NCBI GenBank assembly: GCA_963837465.1
Contig: CAWINB010000001.1
Location: 220,981-284,980 of the forward strand
DNA: 64,000 bases
Direction of reading: 5' to 3'
From: Candidatus Doudnabacteria bacterium
GTDB lineage: Bacteria; Patescibacteriota; Doudnabacteria; UBA920
In this document: in pieces, positions 1 through 9,197 of the stretch
Numbering within the stretch: position 1 is the first letter of the stretch
How the letters are laid out: each line of letters starts with the position of its first letter
Translations under genes and position numbers: made by a program
Notes under the pieces: generated by a model
The model's database searches: none
What the model saw: the letters and a program-made list of their open reading frames with translations, nothing else
What the model was told of the DNA's origin: nothing

Positions 1-1350
1 CGGTTTTTGCCACGTAATCAAATTCTCTAGTAAGTGATATGAATCACCATATTGGCGTGAATTATAAGGTGGATCAATATAAAGCACATCGCACTGAATC
101 TGCCGAATTAGTTGGTTCGCATCTTTGTTATATATTTCATTACTATGATTATTTCGGACATTGATATCCGGAGCAACTAATTTTAGCTCTTGTATGGTAT
201 CCAAAATTTTTCTGTATGCCTCAAAGTGACCAACGGTATTAGCTACCTTATCAACGGCGTAAAGCAAAGAGGTAAGTAGTATATTCTTTTCATTGTCATT
301 GATGTCCAGATGTTCAATTTCATCTCTTATTGCACCAATCTTAAGCGAATTAGCTTTGGTGAAAAATGTGCCGCCAAAGTTTTGGGAAATATAATTTTCT
401 TTGCTTGGATTCAACTGATTCAAGTAATCTATAAGATTGCTTATTTTTTCTCTATCGTATTCATCAGTTTTAAGCCAGCACTGTAGGCTCGTATAGCTAC
501 TGGTTAAAATATCGTTGGAAATAATTTTTGCATCTGGGCGGTTAAAATAATATCCCACCACTCCGGTGCCAGCGAAGATATCACAAAAGCTTTGGAAGTT
601 GCCGCATTTTTCTGACACGATGTCGCCAATGAAACCTAAAAGTTTAGATTTATTTCCTAAAAATCTTCTGCTTTGAATCTGTAACCATTGTTCTTTTTTT
701 TTGGACATTACAAAATTAGGTAAGGTTGTAATCGGCCTGCTAGTTACAAAGGTGTCTGCGCGTATAATCCCAGTAAGTTTGCCTCTAATTTCTAAATGCC
801 TAACAAAAATAGGTTTATAATTATTATTTGCCGGCTGAAGTCTGAAGTTACTCTTTTCTTTGTAAATTCTTTTTAAAGTCGCTTCGCCATTAATAACGGC
901 AACTCCAATTTCTCCATTTTCTACCATAGGTTGCTGATGAATTACAACTATATCACCGGTAGAAATTCCCGCGTCCTGCATACTTTGCCCTTCCACTCGT
1001 AAAGCAAAGTGATTGCCAAATGGAAGGGTTAATTGTTTGGGGACAGAAATAACTTCTGGAATCTCGGTTGCTTCAATTGGCTGTCCTGCGGCGATAATTC
1101 CTAAAAGAGGTATCTGTACAAGTTCCTGACTATCATTTTCGTTTAACTCAATTGAGCGCGCCAAATTATCTATCTTTTTAAGATAGTTTTTTTCAACTAA
1201 AGCGTTGATATGCTGATGTACTGTCGAAACAGCTGAGACTTTAAGACTTTTCTTAATTTCCTCAAGAGTAGGGGGTACGCCTTTACGTTGTATAGCAGTC
1301 CGAATGAAATTCAAGACCTGCGCTTGTCTCTTTGATAAAGGCTTTTTCAT
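1..1350 (-). CDS. LexA repressor fused to an N6-adenine DNA methyltransferase (D12/Dam-FokI-like); 3' end runs off the window
   Basis: Hand translation from ATG 1350 is open to base 1. It contains a LexA HTH (MKKPLSKRQAQVLNFI..PPTLEEI), the AAG cleavage site, GQSM and TLKR, then RRFLGNKSKLL, DIFAGTG and IDPPY. It is absent from the ORF track because it has no stop codon in the window. Confidence 0.9.
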   Translation of the reverse strand, partial: MKKPLSKRQAQVLNFIRTAIQRKGVPPTLEEIKKSLKVSAVSTVHQHINALVEKNYLKKIDNLARSIELNENDSQELVQIPLLGIIAAGQPIEATEIPEVISVPKQLTLPFGNHFALRVEGQSMQDAGISTGDIVVIHQQPMVENGEIGVAVINGEATLKRIYKEKSNFRLQPANNNYKPIFVRHLEIRGKLTGIIRADTFVTSRPITTLPNFVMSKKKEQWLQIQSRRFLGNKSKLLGFIGDIVSEKCGNFQSFCDIFAGTGVVGYYFNRPDAKIISNDILTSSYTSLQCWLKTDEYDREKISNLIDYLNQLNPSKENYISQNFGGTFFTKANSLKIGAIRDEIEHLDINDNEKNILLTSLLYAVDKVANTVGHFEAYRKILDTIQELKLVAPDINVRNNHSNEIYNKDANQLIRQIQCDVLYIDPPYNSRQYGDSYHLLENLITWQKP

Positions 1351-1390
1351 ATTTTTTTATTTTACTCAAATTTATACTGTTAATTTAATT

Positions 1391-1411
1391 ATACCGAAAA
1401 AATACCGAAAA
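1391..1411. promoter_or_regulatory. Direct repeat ATACCGAAAA x2 (11-bp period), candidate LexA autoregulatory operator
   Basis: Repeat lies about 40 bp upstream of the lexA start; the function is inferred. Confidence 0.45.
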
Positions 1412-1558
1412 GATAAATGGCTTATCCACATGCTTATAGCCGGTTAGGAGAATTCCAATTTTTTTTGGGGGATTAGTTATCAACTTCCTCAACCTGGACT
1501 TCACTTAGCCGTTGCGTCATTCCTTGTAGTGTAAGCAACTAATAAGGAAAGGAGCAAA

Positions 1559-2906
1559 ATGCAAACAATAACAACAAACCAGGCACTAGGACTGGCTAAC
1601 CAAATCGCCGCGCCCCCACAACAGGTAGGGTCTAGCGGCAAGCTATTGCCTGTATGCAAGAAAGAGCTCGGAGGACGACGAAAGGCAGGCGCTGAGCATC
1701 GATAGCCAAATTAAAGAGATGATGCTCATAGCAGACCGCGAACATCTGGTAATATCCGAGGTGCGCAAAGAAAGCCACTCAGCTAAAGATTCTGGCCAGA
1801 GGCCGGTGTACAACCAACTGCTCAAAGATGTTAGGAGCGGAATGTTCGCGGGCATCCTAACATGGTCGCCGGATCGTCTTAGTAGGAATGCCGGTGACTT
1901 AGGGGTGCTGGTGGACTTAATGGACCAGGGACTGCTTAAGGAAATCCGAACTCACGGCCAGCGATTCAGTAACTCACCGAACGAAAAGTTCCTACTGATG
2001 ATCTTATGTAGCCAAGCTAAACTGGAAAACGATAACAGAGGTATCAACGTAAAACGCGGACTTAAAAATAAAGCTGAGCTGGGAATTAGGCCGGGACTGG
2101 CCCCCTTGGGTTACTATAACGAACTAAGTCATGACAGAAATAAGGGTAAGATTGTTGTAGACCCAGTTAGAGCGCCAGCAGTAAAAGAAATGTTTGAGAG
2201 AGTGGCTTACAATGGCGACAGTGGCCGGGACATTCTAAACTGGCTAAGTAACGAAATCGCATTTACAACCAGAACCGGTAAACGAGTGGCGCTAAGTAAT
2301 GTGTACGCCATGCTCAGGAATAATTTTTATTACGGCATGTTTGAATACCCGTTCAAGAGTGGAAATTGGTACGAGGGAACACACGAGCCGCTAATTAATA
2401 AAGATTTGTTCGATAAAGTACAAGAGCAGTTACGAACTGCGCCTAAGTCTATGCCGGGAACCAAAGAGTTCGATTTTACTAAAATATTTACTTGCGGTGC
2501 CTGCGGTTCGGGAGTAACTGCCGAGGAAAAATTTAAAAACCTAAAAGATGGAACGGTAAGAAGATATATCTACTATCACTGTACTGGTGGGTCTGACCGG
2601 AGCTGTAACCAACTTTATATTAGGGAAGATGAAATTTTAAGCCAGCTGATGGATATAATAGACCGCTTAGATATAGACCAGCTCGGGATTAAAGACCGAG
2701 TTTACAAAGAACTATTTCGCTATCAAACATTAATAAAAAGCGTCTTAGGCCAGCCAGGTATGGCGGCCATTGAATTGCCGCAGATAGACACTAAAGCTTA
2801 CGCCAAGCACATACTTAAGGATGGGAGCAGGGATGAAAAACGAGAGCTGCTATCATGTTTAAAAACCAAACTATTGATAAAAGACAAAAAAGTATACGCA
2901 GAATAA
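1559..2906 (+). CDS. Large serine recombinase (resolvase, recombinase and Zn-ribbon domains) with a frameshift near 1640
   Basis: The catalytic YCLYARKSSEDDERQ (about 1644-1688), DRLSRN and CGACG..YYHC motifs are in the 1719..2906 frame. The SD-preceded ATG at 1559 is in another frame, and a TAG at 1626 closes the main frame upstream. Confidence 0.85.
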
Positions 2907-2953
2907 AGTAGGACTCGAACCTAGGAAAAGATTACTTAAAGTAGTTTAGACAA

Positions 2954-2992
2954 AAAATAAGAGCATGGACGCAAAATCCATGCTCTTATTTT
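2954..2992. terminator. Bidirectional intrinsic terminator
   Basis: AAAATAAGAGCATGGA / TCCATGCTCTTATTTT inverted repeat between the convergent recombinase and tRNA genes. Confidence 0.75.
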
Positions 2993-3048
2993 CTATAGAT
3001 TCTAGACCCGTGATTCAGGGTTAGTAGGTCACCAGGAACCAGAATTTG

Positions 3049-3123
3049 TGGCTGGGGCGCCAGGGATCGAACCTGGGAATGCAGGCTTCAAAGGCCCGTG
3101 CCTTACCGCTTGGCTACGCCCCA
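3049..3123 (-). tRNA. tRNA-Gln(UUG)
   Basis: TGGGGCGTAGCCAAGCGGTAAGGCACGGGCCTTTGAAGCCTGCATTCCCAGGTTCGATCCCTGGCGCCCCAGCCA folds as a full cloverleaf with anticodon TTG and an encoded CCA. Confidence 0.95.
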
Positions 3124-3269
3124 ATAATATAGATTACAATTAACAGCTAAAACTATTCGGCAACTAACAGACATTATAAAATAAAACCCCGAAAAAGAAA
3201 AGACAACCAGGAGTTTTGCCGGACGGCGCCTTTAAAAGGTTGAATATTAAGGCAAAAATTGGGGCCAGT

Positions 3270-4010
3270 TTAATTTTGGGGAACATTACCGCTTTGGCCC
3301 AAATCCCCGCCTTTTTGGCCCACGTCAATAACATGCTCTTTCTTCGCGCTAATCTGAAGCTGTAAAATATTTTTGTCCAAAGAAGCCGCTTCTTCCGCTT
3401 TACCACCGGCCTTTAGGCTGTCGCGCTGCTTTTTTAAAGCCGAGAGGGCGACGGTGACTTCGGCCCTGGCTTCTACAATAGCCCGCAGCCTGAGCTGCCC
3501 GTCGCGCGAAAGGGCAGTATTCAAACCTGCTGCCGGGGAAGCCGGGCTGCCGTTGGCTGCCTGGCCACGGGAATTTAAAGCACCGGGTACGGCCGCGGCT
3601 GAATCTTTGGCCGCGAGTTCATCAAGCTCGCTGAGCCTTTCCTGGGCAAATTTGGCCTGTAGCTTGGCTTTGGATTCCGCGGATACGGTTAAAGTTAACT
3701 CCACTTTTTCCTTGGCTCTTTTAATGGAATAAAGTGGCTGGCCCGGTAAAGCGGTATTGGAGGCAAAAGCCGTTCCTGCCAGCATGGACAATCCCAGGGC
3801 CACAGCCGCGAAATAACGGGTAAATTTTCCCCAGTTTTGGGCAAAACCTTTGGCGGCAGTTTGGGGAGATGATAATAACGAGCGGAAAATTTTTTCCTTA
3901 ATCAAAGCCTGTCTGTCCGGAGCCAAAGGTTTTACGCCACTGCTTAAAACGCCCAGCGACTGGATTTCTTTTTTAAACTTTTCGGCAATTTTTTGGTCAT
4001 TAAAAATCAT
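3270..4010 (-). CDS. Membrane-anchored DUF5667-like protein, probable anti-sigma partner
   Basis: One TM segment followed by ALPGQPLYSIKRAKEKV; directly downstream of the ECF sigma gene. Confidence 0.65.
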   Translation of the reverse strand: MIFNDQKIAEKFKKEIQSLGVLSSGVKPLAPDRQALIKEKIFRSLLSSPQTAAKGFAQNWGKFTRYFAAVALGLSMLAGTAFASNTALPGQPLYSIKRAKEKVELTLTVSAESKAKLQAKFAQERLSELDELAAKDSAAAVPGALNSRGQAANGSPASPAAGLNTALSRDGQLRLRAIVEARAEVTVALSALKKQRDSLKAGGKAEEAASLDKNILQLQISAKKEHVIDVGQKGGDLGQSGNVPQN

Positions 4011-4027
4011 ACGCCGTAAAAATAAAT

Positions 4028-4597
4028 TTACGCTATTGTACTGCCAAGCTTGGAAGTTTTGCCTGAACCGGATAATATATTCTTCATCTTTTTTAAGGCC
4101 CGATGCTGGATTAACCTTACAGCCAGATTACTTTTACCCAAAACCGCTGCTGTTTCCCGCACCGACAAATCCTGGATAAAACGCAGCTCCAGAACCTGGC
4201 GGTAAAGCGCGGGCAGCAGGGCAAAAGCCCGGATGGCAATTTCCATATCCGAATTTGTGGCAGCCTCCTGCTCCAGGGAAGTTTTGTCCGCCAAATCCAT
4301 ACTGTCTTTTATGGAAGTCGTAACGGGACCGCGATAGACCTTACGGAAGTGGTCGTTAACGCAATTGCCGGCAATTTTATAAATCCAGGCGGAAAAATTC
4401 AGGCCCTCCATGTTAACCCCGGCAAGCCCGCGGTAAGCTTTAATAAAAACTTCCTGCAGAACATCTTCGGCTTCCTGCTGGTTCTGGATTTTTATGCGGA
4501 TATACCTGAAAAGCCGCCCGGCAAATTGATCGTAAATTTGGCCAAAAGCTTCGGAATCTCCCTGTCTGGCTTTAATTACCAAGTCATCAATCCCCAT
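4028..4597 (-). CDS. ECF RNA polymerase sigma factor
   Basis: Region 2 (AEDVLQEVFIKAY..FSAWIYKIA) and region 4 HTH. Confidence 0.92.
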   Translation of the reverse strand: MGIDDLVIKARQGDSEAFGQIYDQFAGRLFRYIRIKIQNQQEAEDVLQEVFIKAYRGLAGVNMEGLNFSAWIYKIAGNCVNDHFRKVYRGPVTTSIKDSMDLADKTSLEQEAATNSDMEIAIRAFALLPALYRQVLELRFIQDLSVRETAAVLGKSNLAVRLIQHRALKKMKNILSGSGKTSKLGSTIA

Positions 4598-4742
4598 AAA
4601 TTAAAACGCTGTTTTTAGCATTCTGTTTTACCCGTTCTGAAAATTTATCTGCCTTATTTAAAGCAAAGACGGACGGACGCTGCTATCATACATTAAAATA
4701 ATGATATAATGAAGAGGCTAACTCTGCTCAAAAATAAAAACC

Positions 4743-5123
4743 ATGGGGCCCGACGAAGAACTCGCGAAAAAATTCCAAAGCTACCAGGAAGTGGCAAAAG
4801 ATAATCCCAACGTTGACGTTGGGATGCTGATGCTTAACGCCCTGCAGACCCAGAAACAAAACTACGTTTCCACCAAAAAAAAGTGGTGGATTTATACTAT
4901 TTCCTCAAGCATTCCCATGTCGGGATTTTTATTCGCCATCTACTATTATTATTTTGGCGAGGAAGACGACTCGCGCCAAGTGGCCTGGATATCCATAGGT
5001 CTAACCTTATTTTCCACTTTTATGTACTGGGCTCTGGCCAAAGCCACCTTTTCCGGCACAGGAGCTTCCGTCCAGCAAATCCAGCAGATAAAACCGAGTG
5101 ACATTATGCAGCTGACACAGTAG
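4743..5123 (+). CDS. Hypothetical membrane protein
   Basis: 126-aa ORF with two hydrophobic segments; TGATATAAT extended -10 upstream. Confidence 0.7.
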   Translation: MGPDEELAKKFQSYQEVAKDNPNVDVGMLMLNALQTQKQNYVSTKKKWWIYTISSSIPMSGFLFAIYYYYFGEEDDSRQVAWISIGLTLFSTFMYWALAKATFSGTGASVQQIQQIKPSDIMQLTQ

Positions 5124-5187
5124 ATCGTTGCGCGACCCGCGCGAGGGTTGCCCTTGAATCCCAAAGCATCGGCCCTGCATTTTTTGA

Positions 5188-6933
5188 TTACTTCCCCGCA
5201 ATCGGGCGCGTCGGCGGAATGCGCATATAGTTTAAAATAAACTGCGCGAATTGCCCCCAAACGGGAACGGCCGTGGTTTCCGCGAAAGCCGCGTCGCGGG
5301 GATGATCAACGCGGATAAGCATCAGGAACTGCGGGTTCTCCACCGGCGCGAAACCGATAAAAGACCCAATATTATCGTTTACCAAATACTTGCCGTCCGG
5401 ACCCGCCACCTGGGCAGTACCTGTTTTACCGGCCACATAGTATCCGGGCACGGCGGCCTCTTTGCCGTAGCCGTTTTCCACCACATCCACCAGCATGGCA
5501 TCCAGAGTGCTGGCGGTTTGCGGCGAAATTACCTGGGCCACCACATGCGGCGCGGTATTTTTTATTTTTCCGTCCGGAAAAATTTCCGACTGCACAATAT
5601 ACGGCCTCATCATTTTTCCGCCGTTGGCAAAAGCGGTGTAAGCTTCCAGCATTTGCATGGGCGTTACTGTAATACCCTGGCCAAAACTGGCCGTGTCGTA
5701 ATTTACCTGAATATTGTTGTCTCTTAGGCTGCTTAAATCCCCCACGGCCTCCGGCAATTCCACGCCCGTAGCCTGGCCAAAACCAAAAGCCTTGACGTAT
5801 TTTAAAAAGTCCGGGTTGCCCAGCTGATTTTCCGCGTAAAGGGCGCCGTCGTTGTAGGACCAATCCAAAACCTGGGTCATGGTGGTTAGGCCATGGGCTT
5901 TGTTGTCGGAATCGTGAATGTGAAAGCCGTCCACCGCGACATCGCCGGTATCAATATAAGTTGATGTGGGCGTAACTTTATTTTCATCCAAAGCCGCGGC
6001 CATGGTAATGGCCTTAAACACCGAACCCGGCTCGTAATTGCCGGTGACGGCCTCGCTGTTAAACAGTGACGGATCCGTAACCTGGTTATACTGGTTGGGA
6101 TTAAAATCCGGGTAGTTGGCCAGGGCCAAAATGGCTCCGGTTTTTGGGTTGGCCACAATAATACAGCCGCTGTCAGCGCCGTTTTTGGTTACCATGGTTT
6201 GCAGAACGTTTTCGGCCTGGAACTGGATAGTCTGGTCAATGGTTAAAATTAAATTGGCGCCGTCCTGGGCGGGCTGTTCGTAATCCTGAACTCCGAAGAC
6301 CAAAGAACCGGCGGAGCCCTGCTGAGTGGTCAGTTGGCCGGAGGTGCCGGCCAAATCGTTTTGGAAATAACGTTCCAGGCCGTACAATCCGACTTTTTGC
6401 GTCCCATTGGCCCCGTAGCCCACAAACCCCACAGTCTGGCTGAGTAAATTATTTTGCGGATAAAACCTGGTGTCCTCGGAATCAAAATAAATACCGGGCA
6501 GGTTCAGGGCTTTGATTCCGGCCTGTTCGCTGTCGCTGAGTTGTTTTTTTATAACTACGTATTTTTTGCCTGTTTCCGTAATTTTGCCTAAAACATCCCT
6601 GGGGTCCAGGCTCAAAACCGAGGCCAGACTTTCGGCCGTTAAATTGGGATTTAAAATATCCGGCGGCACCGCGTAAACCAGGTAGCTTTTTAAATTGGCG
6701 GCCAGCGGGATGGCGCCGAAGGATGATTTATCCACCAAATCTATTTCACCGCGGCTGGGCAGGAGCTTTTGGTAAATACTGTGCTGGGCTTCGGCTTCCT
6801 GCCTGATTTGCGCGCCGTGAATGACCTGAAGGCTGAACAGCCGCCAGGCAATGACCAGAAAAAACAACAATAAAAAAACAGTCAACAGGCTGCTTCGGGA
6901 GTTAAAGTTGGTTTTTTCTTTTCTGGCGGCCAT
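5188..6933 (-). CDS. ftsI: Class B penicillin-binding protein (FtsI/PBP2)
   Basis: EPGSVFK, SYN and KTGT motifs; mraZ-rsmH-ftsL context. Confidence 0.9.
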   Translation of the reverse strand: MAARKEKTNFNSRSSLLTVFLLLFFLVIAWRLFSLQVIHGAQIRQEAEAQHSIYQKLLPSRGEIDLVDKSSFGAIPLAANLKSYLVYAVPPDILNPNLTAESLASVLSLDPRDVLGKITETGKKYVVIKKQLSDSEQAGIKALNLPGIYFDSEDTRFYPQNNLLSQTVGFVGYGANGTQKVGLYGLERYFQNDLAGTSGQLTTQQGSAGSLVFGVQDYEQPAQDGANLILTIDQTIQFQAENVLQTMVTKNGADSGCIIVANPKTGAILALANYPDFNPNQYNQVTDPSLFNSEAVTGNYEPGSVFKAITMAAALDENKVTPTSTYIDTGDVAVDGFHIHDSDNKAHGLTTMTQVLDWSYNDGALYAENQLGNPDFLKYVKAFGFGQATGVELPEAVGDLSSLRDNNIQVNYDTASFGQGITVTPMQMLEAYTAFANGGKMMRPYIVQSEIFPDGKIKNTAPHVVAQVISPQTASTLDAMLVDVVENGYGKEAAVPGYYVAGKTGTAQVAGPDGKYLVNDNIGSFIGFAPVENPQFLMLIRVDHPRDAAFAETTAVPVWGQFAQFILNYMRIPPTRPIAGK

Positions 6934-6946
6934 AAGTCAAGTATCG

Positions 6947-7024
6947 CGCTAATTACTAATTTCGCAAATATTACCTCCGTTTGGCAGTCAGAATTGGTAA
7001 TATTTATACAATTGGTAATTAGCG
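6947..7024. repeat. Intergenic imperfect palindrome
   Basis: CGCTAATTACTAATT...AATTGGTAATTAGCG arms, with inner AAATATTACC/GGTAATATTT. Confidence 0.65.
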
Positions 7025-7042
7025 GAATACAAACTCCCCGGG

Positions 7043-7420
7043 CTATTTCATAGTCAGTTCATTGTCGTTAGCCTGTAAAAACTTTGGCGTTTCCGCCGGC
7101 ACATAGTTGGCGCTTAAAAAATCGTTCTGGATGCTGACCATGGAAGCCGCCTCGGAAACTTTTAAATTTATCTGTTTGTTGTCGGAAGTCAGGTTGGCCA
7201 GCTGGTTTTGCAGCGTCTTTATTTCATAGCCCTGCGAGGTGAATTGGTTGACTCCGTAAACATAGGCAAAAAGCAGGACGATATTGGCGGCCACCAGCGC
7301 GAAAGCCAAACGCGCGCGCCGGGAATTTTTGGCAGTGTCCTTTTTTATAAGCCTGACTTTTGTTTTCGAAAAACCCGCCGGCCACAAGCCTTGCAATATT
7401 GCTTCTTTGGTCATATTCAT
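7043..7420 (-). CDS. FtsL-like cell division protein
   Basis: TM segment plus coiled coil, located between rsmH and ftsI. Confidence 0.7.
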   Translation of the reverse strand: MNMTKEAILQGLWPAGFSKTKVRLIKKDTAKNSRRARLAFALVAANIVLLFAYVYGVNQFTSQGYEIKTLQNQLANLTSDNKQINLKVSEAASMVSIQNDFLSANYVPAETPKFLQANDNELTMK

Positions 7421-7539
7421 TTATTTTTATTTTAATTTTAATTACCGAAATTTTTTATTGCCGCAGAAAATTACAGAAGCTAAATTTTAAAATCAATTCA
7501 AATTTAAATAATAGGTTCCGCGGTTTTCTGCGGCTGTAT

Positions 7540-8679
7540 TTACTTCTTTTCCATGGCTCTTAGCTTGGCCGCCTTTGAACGCGGGTTTTGTTTTAATTCT
7601 TCCGGCGAAGCGGTAATTATTTTTTTGGTTAAAATTTTGCCCCGCGGATTTTTGCCGCAAATACACCGCGGGAAATCCGGCGGACAAACACAGCCTTTGG
7701 CCATCCCCGCAAAAAATTGCTTTACCATTCTGTCTTCCAAAGAGTGGAAACTCACCACCACCAGCCGGCCGCCCGGGGCCAACAAATCAAAAGCTTTGGG
7801 TAAAAAACCTGAAAGGTTTTCTAGTTCATGATTTACTTCAATCCTTAACGCCTGGAAGATTCTTCGGGCGGAGTCGTCGGCTTTGTGCTTAACCGGCTTA
7901 GGCAGCGCGTCCTGGATTATCCGGTAAAGATCGTTTGTGTGTTTGATTTCTACCCCCTTACCCCTAGCCCCTATAACCTTGCCAGCTATTTGCCTGCTGA
8001 ATTTTTCTTCCCCATATTCGTAAAAAATTTTCTCCAGCCTTTTTTGGTCGTAATTATTTAAAATAAATTTGGCATCTTCGGGCTGTGACTGGTCAAACCG
8101 CATATCCAGCGGCTGGTTGGTTTGAAAGCTGATTCCCCGGTGCTCCAGCTCGTAAGACGAAAGTCCCAAATCCGCCACAATTCCATCCGGCGCCGGAAAA
8201 TTATGGTTCTTTATAATATGGTCTATTTTGGAAAAATTCCCTTGAACAAGCGAAATATTATAATATAATGATTCAAGGTGGGTTGGGGCTGGTGCCGAGC
8301 GAATCCTTGACAGTTTCGTCTCGCGGGTTCGATCCCCGTCCGGTCCGCCACTTAAAACCCGAAGGTTTGACAAACTCTGAACGTCTGATATACTAGAATT
8401 AACTGTCAAGGTTTCGCTCTGAAGCGCCGGTTTGAGGCCGGAAACCGTCCTTAATTGGGCGGTTTTTTCGTTACTCCAAGAGCTTTTAAAATTCTCAATA
8501 GCATCCTTATCTAAATCTATAGATAGTAATTTCCCTGTCTCCCCAATTTCTTTTAATATCGCCTTGCTGTATCCTCCGCCCCCCAGCGTGGCGTCAACAA
8601 TATTCTTGCCGGGCTTGGGCGCAAGATAAGAAACAACCTCATTAAGTAAAACCGGAGTGTGTTCATAATTATTGACCAT
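7540..8679 (-). CDS. rsmH: 16S rRNA m4C1402 methyltransferase RsmH with an in-frame insertion of about 65-70 aa
   Basis: HTPVLL, DATLGGGGYS, DLGLSS, LDMRFD, FHSLEDR and NPRSKAAKLR motifs; the extra segment spans about 8260-8480. Confidence 0.95.
   Translation of the reverse strand: MVNNYEHTPVLLNEVVSYLAPKPGKNIVDATLGGGGYSKAILKEIGETGKLLSIDLDKDAIENFKSSWSNEKTAQLRTVSGLKPALQSETLTVNSSISDVQSLSNLRVLSGGPDGDRTRETKLSRIRSAPAPTHLESLYYNISLVQGNFSKIDHIIKNHNFPAPDGIVADLGLSSYELEHRGISFQTNQPLDMRFDQSQPEDAKFILNNYDQKRLEKIFYEYGEEKFSRQIAGKVIGARGKGVEIKHTNDLYRIIQDALPKPVKHKADDSARRIFQALRIEVNHELENLSGFLPKAFDLLAPGGRLVVVSFHSLEDRMVKQFFAGMAKGCVCPPDFPRCICGKNPRGKILTKKIITASPEELKQNPRSKAAKLRAMEKK
8242..8269 (+). promoter_or_regulatory. 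Predicted sigma70 promoter for tRNA-like RNA A
   Basis: TTGAAC-N16-TATAAT, ending 10 nt before the acceptor stem. Confidence 0.55.
8280..8350 (+). ncRNA. tRNA-like RNA A (71 nt, non-canonical), antisense within rsmH
   Basis: 7-bp acceptor GGGTTGG/CCGGTCC plus G-CCA; T arm GCGGG-TTCGATC-CCCGT; reduced D hairpin GGC-TGGT-GCC; long anticodon-like arm 8297-8322. Confidence 0.7.
8367..8394 (+). promoter_or_regulatory. Predicted sigma70 promoter for antisense sRNA A
   Basis: TTGACA-N16-TATACT with an extended TGn; predicted +1 near 8401. Confidence 0.7.
8401..8468 (+). ncRNA. Predicted small RNA A, complementary to the anticodon arm of tRNA-like RNA A
   Basis: 5' AACTGTCAAGGTTTCGCTC pairs 18/19 with 8297-8315; ends in terminator AAACCGTCC-TTAATT-GGGCGGTTTTTT. 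Confidence 0.65.
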
Positions 8680-8764
8680 GATTGAACAAAATTGACGATG
8701 ATTGACAAGATTGCCACAGCGAATCGTGTTCAATCTTATTTAATCTTTTAAATCTTGCTCAATT
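8680..8764. repeat. Inverted degenerate 9-10-mer repeat element between mraZ and rsmH
   Basis: GATTGA-type units face TCAATC/AATCTT units; similar to 37904-38005. Confidence 0.6.
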
Positions 8765-8765
8765 A

Positions 8766-9197
8766 TTAAACCCCCAAACTCCCCAACTGCTCCGCAATGC
8801 TGTTACTGGCCGCTTCGGTTTGCTGTTTGTAGGCTTGCCAGAGTTCTTCGCTCCAAATTTCTATGCGGTTGTATAAACCCGCGATTATAACTTTTTTGCC
8901 GATTTTGGCAAAATCTTTAAGGTAAGACGGCAAAATAATCCGTCCCTGTTTGTCTATTTCGCAGTCCATGGCGCCGGCCAGCATTAGCCTGGAAAAAGCG
9001 CGGGTGTTGGCAGTGGAAATTGGCAGGCTGGCCAGTTTTTCGGCCAGTTTTTTCCATTCATCCATACTGTAAAGGAACAGAGAATTGTCCAAACCTCTGG
9101 TAACAACTATTTTTGATTTCAGCGAAGGCCTAAACTTGGCGGGAATAGCAACTCTCCCCTTTTCGTCTATACTCGCCTGGTATTCACCGATAAACAT
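8766..9197 (-). CDS. mraZ: Transcriptional regulator MraZ
   Basis: MFIGEY..IDEKGRVAIP and DKQGRIILP motifs. Confidence 0.97.
   Translation of the reverse strand: MFIGEYQASIDEKGRVAIPAKFRPSLKSKIVVTRGLDNSLFLYSMDEWKKLAEKLASLPISTANTRAFSRLMLAGAMDCEIDKQGRIILPSYLKDFAKIGKKVIIAGLYNRIEIWSEELWQAYKQQTEAASNSIAEQLGSLGV

Noticed and set aside
8280-8468. tmRNA (one- or two-piece)
   Set aside because: Both acceptor strands lie within 71 nt, and there is no tag reading frame or pseudoknot region.
8258-8484. Intein or self-splicing intron in rsmH
   Set aside because: It is too short, has no His-Asn/Cys-Ser-Thr junction and no group I or II core; the structured features are on the opposite strand.
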